Positions 56,501 to 64,000 of a stretch of DNA of 64,000 bases are shown here, piece by piece. A model generated the notes under the pieces. The model had not been told where the DNA came from, did not search any database, and saw nothing but the letters and a program-made list of their open reading frames with translations. How positions within the stretch are numbered: position 1 is the stretch's first letter; each line of letters starts with the position of its first letter. The DNA is taken from NCBI GenBank assembly GCA_040954595.2, contig CM082588.2, positions 2,516,144 through 2,580,143 of the forward strand, given 5' to 3'. The stretch comes from Balanoglossus misakiensis. Its lineage: Eukaryota > Animalia > Hemichordata. Made by a program: the position numbers and the translations under genes.

Positions 56501-59500
56501 GACAAACTTGAAACTTCTGTCAGGTTTGAAGCGTCGATCGATGGCAGCAAATATATTAGCTCTATATCAGAAAGGCGGTACATGTATCACACATTGTATA
56601 CGAATCAGGAATGGCGACTGCCGCCTGAGCAGCGTTGCCTGGACTTGTCGTACGCATGTAGCTTTTCAAACAAGTAATTATCGAAATTTAAGTCGTGGAA
56701 TCATTACACAGTAAATACTTTTGAATGAAGGGGAACCTTTCTGGAAACGTACACTCACACATATCCTATGCTTCACATATTCTACTAGTAAACCCTCCAT
56801 TCAAATAACAGACCTGCGGAGTTAAACCATTCGAACGGCATACTTTGGTTTAAAGGGAAATGTTTTTTTCGCTGGAGAATTGACCCACTCCTTGGTGTCA
56901 TCATCCTGAATCGATCGTGTGCCCTGCAAAGTGATCAGTTGTCTCTTCGCGTTTATCAACCGCGTCGTCTCTGCAGAGAGCGACAAAACGGTTGCTCCTT
57001 GTCGGAATTATCACAATAAATGTCTGTAGACTTCTCTGCGTGGATGAAAGCGAGTGTTTTTATTCGGTTGTTCGACTGTAATCACACCCCCGGCGGTACG
57101 CACTATTCGCCGTTTGTTGATTTTATCGATTATATGTGATCAACCTATACCTGGCAGGCCTCGTCACTCTGAAAGAAATGGCGGTTGACACCGCAATGAC
57201 TACGTCGTAATCGGTTTAGTTTGATGTGTTAGTGGATCAAAGAAATTCCCGATGCGCGGGATGATGATTGGCGATTCGGTGAGATGTTTTAAATTCGAGT
57301 CGACGAGTTTCCTCCCTGCAGACAATCGAAGGAAATCGATTCTGTATACATGTACTTCGAAATACGAGCACTCGGGTCACGTGTGAAATAATGGAACACA
57401 GTACACCCCTGTCATTATTTGCCCTTGTGAGATTTACTAGTAAGTCGATGCAAAATTAAAAGAAAATAGTGTCCTATCACCTCGATTAAGTAATATCTTA
57501 CGGGCAATTTACCCACGTTAACATATAGCCTGGCGGCCATTTTGAATGTTAACATGTTGGCACAATTGAGTCAATTCGATTTAAGGTTATTCCCCCAAAT
57601 CGTTTCTTCTCTACACTGGCAGTCGTAAGGTCCTGCCCTCTCCACTACAATTTCACACTTTCTCAGTGTTGGTATCTAAGTGTTTAATCACGTGTGTCGG
57701 TACATTATTTACATGAAATTTTTGCGAAGATCATGTGTTAAATACACCAACACTCTCGGTAATAAACACCTAAAGCCGTTTTTTCACGCTTTTCGTTTCA
57801 GCTGTTCATTCATCGTATTTTCATCGGAGCACAGAGCGACGTGGCTCTTGGGAATTTGAAGAAACGACATCGCTCAAGAAACCCAACAGCTTATTTCTCG
57901 TGACCTCTGGCAAAAACGGGGCCGTGAAACGCAGTTTGGTTCGTCAAAGAAGCCAAGCACATCATCCGTTCTATCGAGGAAGTGTAAACATTCCACATAT
58001 ATAGGAATAATGAACTGCAGGACTTCGGTAGAATTACACAGAAAGTTGAATCTGCGAGAGTTACCAGAACGCGCCAGGGAGACATTGCATGACTGTATGC
58101 TCAGGGAAAGCGACGCCGGATCATGTCAAATTTTACAAGCTGCAATGGAAAGCTGTTTGTGTCGGATTACGCAGTTTGATTGGCACGGTCGCGTTACATA
58201 GCCTCGTGTCTAGTCTTGAGATTTCTCGCGTATCCACATATACGTGGTTTCTTTTCTGATGGTCATTAGTTGCTATGGCGACCAGCATGAAAATTGTTAC
58301 ACAGTGACTATAGAAGAGACGTGGATAGCAGGCAAAATGGCGACTATGTTTGAATTTTCAAGAGCTGAAATTGCTCTGGTTCTTTTATGGAAGTTAGGAA
58401 CGGAAATTCTTTTCCTGAGCTACTCTCCATCACAAACCGATCAAGGAAAACAGTTGCGTCTCCATGTTGTGCGGTATGCAAATTACGGTGACGTCACTAG
58501 GAAATTTGCATGCGTTAACCATCCTCTCAGATTCCAACCGAGCCTTCAAACAAGGGAACGATTTTCTTTTGCAAGCAAGCAGTCAGGTAAGACAAGTTAA
58601 ATTATCCCCCTCAATTTTTGGACGATCATCGCATATTGCAAGTTATTTTTTTGTGAGGAATAGAGGAAAATTTAACAATGTTAACTGCCCATTACCAGTG
58701 GCGCACCATACAAGGCGAGAATTCCAACCGCATTTCCTGGAATTTAGATAGCAATTCTCTTTTGTTTGGTTGTGTCGACTGTTGTTCTATACGTTAAAAG
58801 TCAAACTTTACAAACATGGAAACTAATACAATAATAGCGGAAATATAGTAGCCGATTATCTGCCGTGATTTATTTTATTTTCATAATGGCTGTATTTCAA
58901 GTGCTTCAACTGTTCTGTTCGACTGTAGGTTGTTTTTGTCATCGTTTCAACGGCCTAAGTTAGCTTTAATCCCATTTTCTACTTATTTTCGGGCGAGTGC
59001 GCAGCGCGTTTTACAGCATACATTTTTGACTCTCGATAGAATTGCCCTCTACTTGCGGAAAAGACACGTTCGTCTTATATACATTCACACAGTCATACAT
59101 ACATAAAATGCTACTGGAATTTGGAAAGCATTAACTGATATTAACTCTCACTTTTAATTCACTGGGGATAAGCTTACATTTCTTCAAAAAGGCGACTCCT
59201 GAAAGGCAGAAAAAAAGTATTCTGTCCGTCCCAGTGCGACCGACTTACTTTTGTTGAGGGGTACGCTGTAAAAATACGAATGGAAGTGTTTGCCGCCGTT
59301 TAGTGGTTTTTGGTGATAATTATTATGATGCATTACTTTCCTGTGTGGGTTCGAATTGATAGAGCAAAGCGTGTTTTTTTTCTTCGAATTCTGTTTCTAT
59401 GAAGATAATTTGAATCACGGGCGTTCGGTTGGCGCATGTGTTCAAGTTTCTCAGTGGAAATTAAGGTCACAAAGGAAGAATGCATTACCTTTCCTGTCCG

Positions 59501-62500
59501 TTCGAAATTAGTCGTGTAGTAATAAGAGCAAAGACCTTTACCGCACACTTCGTGCACCTGTGGAAATGTATTCGACCCTGGTGTTCACTGTGTAGTCATT
59601 GTTGGACTTGTCCTCGTAAACTGAGTCCCAGGCAATCGGTGACGAAATCAACTTTCAATTGTATCAATCTCTTTAGGAATTGGCACGTTCCATTTAACAC
59701 CGAAGAGACATTTTGGTGCGACAAATCGTGCACAATTTACATTAGACATGTACATCTCATGTTGATGATAGATAGAACACGGTTAGGGTATATCTCATGG
59801 TACATGTACCTAGGCCTGTTCCAGCTGATCGCTCAATGCGAATGTGGAAACAATCCGCTATAACTGTTGATTAACTTTATAAGTTCATTAGAACTGGCTT
59901 TGTGTTTGCTTTAACGTCCAACGTATGATACATGCACGAGAAAGCCGTCAACTCCCTAACGATGTCATCATTGGATTTGGATGCCGTATTGATGTGTCGT
60001 TACTATCTCTCCAACCGCCATTACTATGTTTCAGTACTGCAGGCAATCTTTATGACAAACCTCGCTGTTTTAGTATTCATATAGGTGACACGGCAAAATT
60101 TAGGCCTAAGTCAGTAAGCAATCATTCTTTCAGGGGCTTATGCCCATAAAATGCTCGCCGAAGAGCCCAGTGTTAAGATTTACAGTTTCGATATATCCTC
60201 ACGTCAGAGAAAGATACACGTGAATCCCCTGTAGAATTAACGGCCCGCAAAGATATTCGGGTTTAGACGTCAAATGAAATGAGGAAACCCGACTGTATCA
60301 TCAAAGGCACAACAAACGTATCTCGATCAGTAACTCGTATTCGTTGGGGAGTCTTCAGGCATAGTACGCGGCGTGTACTTTGTCTTCGAGGCTAGGGGAG
60401 TGCGTGGTGTCCAATCAGAGATAGCGTTACACCTGAATAGAGTGATCACCGCGGCGATCGCCTATTGCACTTTTGAGACATAACATGTTGTTAATAAATC
60501 TTACAGGCCTCTTTTGCGGAACTATTAGAAATGCGACTTTGAAGAAAACACTCTGTCAGTCTCCCAGTGAAAAGTTTCACCGCATACAAGTCATTTCTCG
60601 TTTGGTGTAATCTATACACCGAGAGAATAACTCAATCGCGAGGGAGGTTTGGAATCTCGGAGGAATAATCGGTTTCCACCCTTCTCGGACTCAATATCAT
60701 GTGCACGCACCTGTCTGCCTACAAGTAAAAATATCTCATCGGAATTCGGATTCCGAAATGACAGTATTTATAAAAAGAAAACTAATCGATTTTCCCCTCG
60801 CACGAAAGCGTGCTTGGAAAGGCTCGAACAGGTGTTAAACTGTCCCGACCTTATATCGCTCAGGCGAAGGAAAACGCGTCAATGTAGCCGATATCATCAG
60901 AATGCAAGATATCGATATTACTATCTATAGCGGCCGTGGTTCGATATTGATAGCAAAAAGAAACTCGCCTTTCAAATTTCCCATTATGATTGATGAAAGT
61001 GATATAACTGAAGGTTTTGTAAATAACGGATGTGCAGGTGGTGATTAATAACATACTTAAGCTTGTGTAGCGCTTCGATTGCTTTGCTGTGTCTTGTTCA
61101 GCTTTGAAGGGAAATTCAGATGCGTTGTGGACGTCATCGATAGCCTTGTGATTTGTCTGGGTGGCTGGATTAGCTAATTGTAATTTTTCGATAGTCTGCG
61201 ATATCCGCATAATCTGGCGAGAACGGTTCACGCGGTGGTAATTGAAGCAACTGTGAGTGTTCTCGCTAGTCTCGAGTGCAGGCAATATCGAGCCGGCTTC
61301 ACTGACGACGAGCGAAATTCACGGTCTTGGGTCCATTGAGAAACGCCGGCGCGCGAAAGGAGACGCACGTCACAAATTCGCTTCCCGTACGCGTGTTCGC
61401 TCGAGTGGTCGTTAATTTGTGCAAATCTGGCAGCTCGTCCTCCTTGATACTAATCTGATCGCAGCGCATACATCTGTGACATGCACTGCAGATCGGCTGT
61501 AATTTGAAAACGCACAGTGCCTTGCGGGTTTTTACCTGCGTGGAGAATGCAAATTTCTGTCGCCGTCCAAGATGGACATCTCAATGCGGCTACATGCGTT
61601 CTATTCTGCCCAACAGAAGCTGACTGCTTCCCGCCAGTACAAATTGCACCGACCTTAAAATGACGAGATCTGAAAAGATCGTTGTCAATAAGGAAGTATA
61701 GATGATACAAGTTTCGGATCCTGCGCTCAAATTATAATTAACACATCTCGTCACATTTTCACAAGTTTCACTTGACTATACCTTTCTTCACAATCTGGGG
61801 TTGAAGGAGTCGCACCCCATGTACTTCAGCAACCAAACCTGCTCCTTGTGGAAAACGTACACGTTATCACCTCATCAGCAACATTTTTGAAGCCCATTCG
61901 CATTCTTGTCTTGTTTTCAATTGGCCACAGGTGTTTGTTCGCACATTCCATTTGTAAATGAATGTGTGAAAATGGTTCTGTAATGGTTCCTGAAGTAACG
62001 GTGTTGAGGTACTTGACATCTCAGTGCCCCTTTCCCGCGAAAACAGCACGTGGTATACAACTGAGACACGATCATTTCATTACTGTGGCGTCTTTTCTCA
62101 ATTAATTGAAATGATTGGCTGAATAATCGGGTGTCCAACCCGTTTATTAAGCTTCCCGCTGCAATAGTGCATAGATGTAACTATGGCGGTGCGCAACACA
62201 CCTGCGTATCAGAATGATTAAAAATTCTTATTCGTTCGTCGGCCAAGAAACATCAGAAACAGACTTGGAATTATTACTCTTCAAGGAGCAGATGGAAGTA
62301 TTTCGTCGTTAGAAATATCCTCAAGTGACAGCTCATGGGGCTTTAACGAAGAAGTTACATTTATCTTGCGAGTGGTTAAATATTCACAGCCCCCCAGAGC
62401 GCAGACGATCAACTCGACCCTAATCCTCGAGAGTCTGTCTGTTGATATTTCGGAGAGACTGTTAAGAAGCGAATACGAAATACTTCGTCTATAAGCAGGT

Positions 62501-64000
62501 TGAAAGAATATTGCTGTATGTTAGGTTAGACTTGGTCATGGTAACACTGCCGGCGCACCAAGAACACGTGATTACGTCAGTCGTTATATAGCATTCCTGT
62601 TGATAACGCGGCTCCACTTCTCCGTAATTAAAATATGCATATATTTATTCAAGTCAGCACCTTGCGACTTTTGTCTATATACCTTGCCTGCAGCACCAGC
62701 CAGATGCCGCCACGCGTTGATATCTGCCCTTATCATGTCACCGGAATTAAATCTTCGCCATCAGCCTATTTAAAGGCAATTGAGCTGGCGCGTTATCAAT
62801 TCACTATCACATCATTTACAAGTTCACCCCGTCGTTTCCACGCCGCACAACACAGACAGCTATAATTGCCAAATGACCCCGTAGACATTTCATTCAGTGC
62901 CTTAAAACCCCACATGAATATAAATTACACATTTTAGATAGGAAGATTTGTATGTATCTTATACCTTTCTATATAAGGTCACCGATATGTTCTTCGCTAG
63001 GGGAGGCTAGTGTGCGCAGAATGTAGAGACCACTTTGTTAAAAGCTGCGCAGATTTTTACCCTGGGTCTAAGACATTTCTTCGTCAGCCTCGTGGTTAAA
63101 GTTGTATGTGGCACGTTTTTCATGCTGTGTTTTAGCGTAAAGCTTGCGTCAAATGTCTCATAAATAAAGGAGACTGTTCCTGTCAAAGAATCGTATCTGG
63201 CCGCAATGAAAGCGTAATGATCTTGCTTGAATTTTGAATACACGGCTATGCCTACTTTTACATTTCCAATTCAGTATGCATGCCAAATTATCCCTTAATT
63301 GCATTATGCAGAATATTACGAATTCTCACATGAAATAAATAGGTGCGTGCTTTGAATTGATTTTCTTCAGCAAAACTCATTTTTGTTTGGTGTTATTCAT
63401 AATACGTATACCTGAAATAGTCGCGCGTTAATTATAGAACTCTCACTACTGTCTATGCACTCAGTCAGTTAAATTTTATTTCCCCGTAAAAGCTCCCTAA
63501 TTAGGTCACTGAGTTTCCGAGAAAGAATAAAACTGTCTCCTCAGTACATAATTTGACTCGAGAACCACTGCTGCTAATCACTACACTCTTGAGCAGATCT
63601 CGCGAAACACGGCAAAAATAAACACTTCACTGCCACGGATATTTTTCAAGGAAAATTTGGTCAAAGTAGTTTTCAATACCGTGCTTCCAAACATATTGTA
63701 CAAAATTAGTATATCAGATCTTATGTACTCGCTGTTTTTTCAAATATTAGATATTTCTTCTGTACTCATGTTTGTATTCATCTTTGCACACGGTGTTCAC
63801 TGAAGTCTGTTTTCTCCGGAGTCCCTCCCTGCACGAATGCGTTTATTATTGAAATCAATCGCTGCGTACTTTAAGAGCGCTTCTTCAAACTACATGCACT
63901 GTCGGTGCCGTTAATTAGCCACGGCCGCTGGCCATAACCAACATGCTTTCAAGAAGAGTGAGTGAAGGAGAACGCTTTCAAGCCCAGTCTCTTTGTAATT

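Overview
Intron-rich, gene-dense eukaryotic (metazoan) genomic DNA with short GT-AG introns. Gene content and style suggest an invertebrate deuterostome such as a hemichordate (inference only). Manual splicing gives, in order: 5' part of HELB (-); an AZUL+HECT E3 ligase of the UBE3A/HECTD2/small-HERC class (-); TIPRL (+); a 91-aa secreted 8-Cys knottin-like peptide absent from the ORF track (-); a candidate neuropeptide-type precursor (-); two tail-to-tail SLC22 transporter paralogues; a perfect fold-back MITE with a 9-bp target-site duplication; SFT2D (+); three tandem paralogous single-pass membrane proteins sharing a 75-nt TM exon (-); a CASP8AP2/FLASH-like gene (-) head-to-head with SMCR8 (+); a ~30-finger C2H2 protein (+); and ~13 kb with no recognisable coding sequence. 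The best candidates for undescribed biology are the knottin peptide, the adjacent precursor and the three-gene membrane-protein family. No tRNA, rRNA or CRISPR was seen. All homology calls come from remembered motifs, not from database searches.
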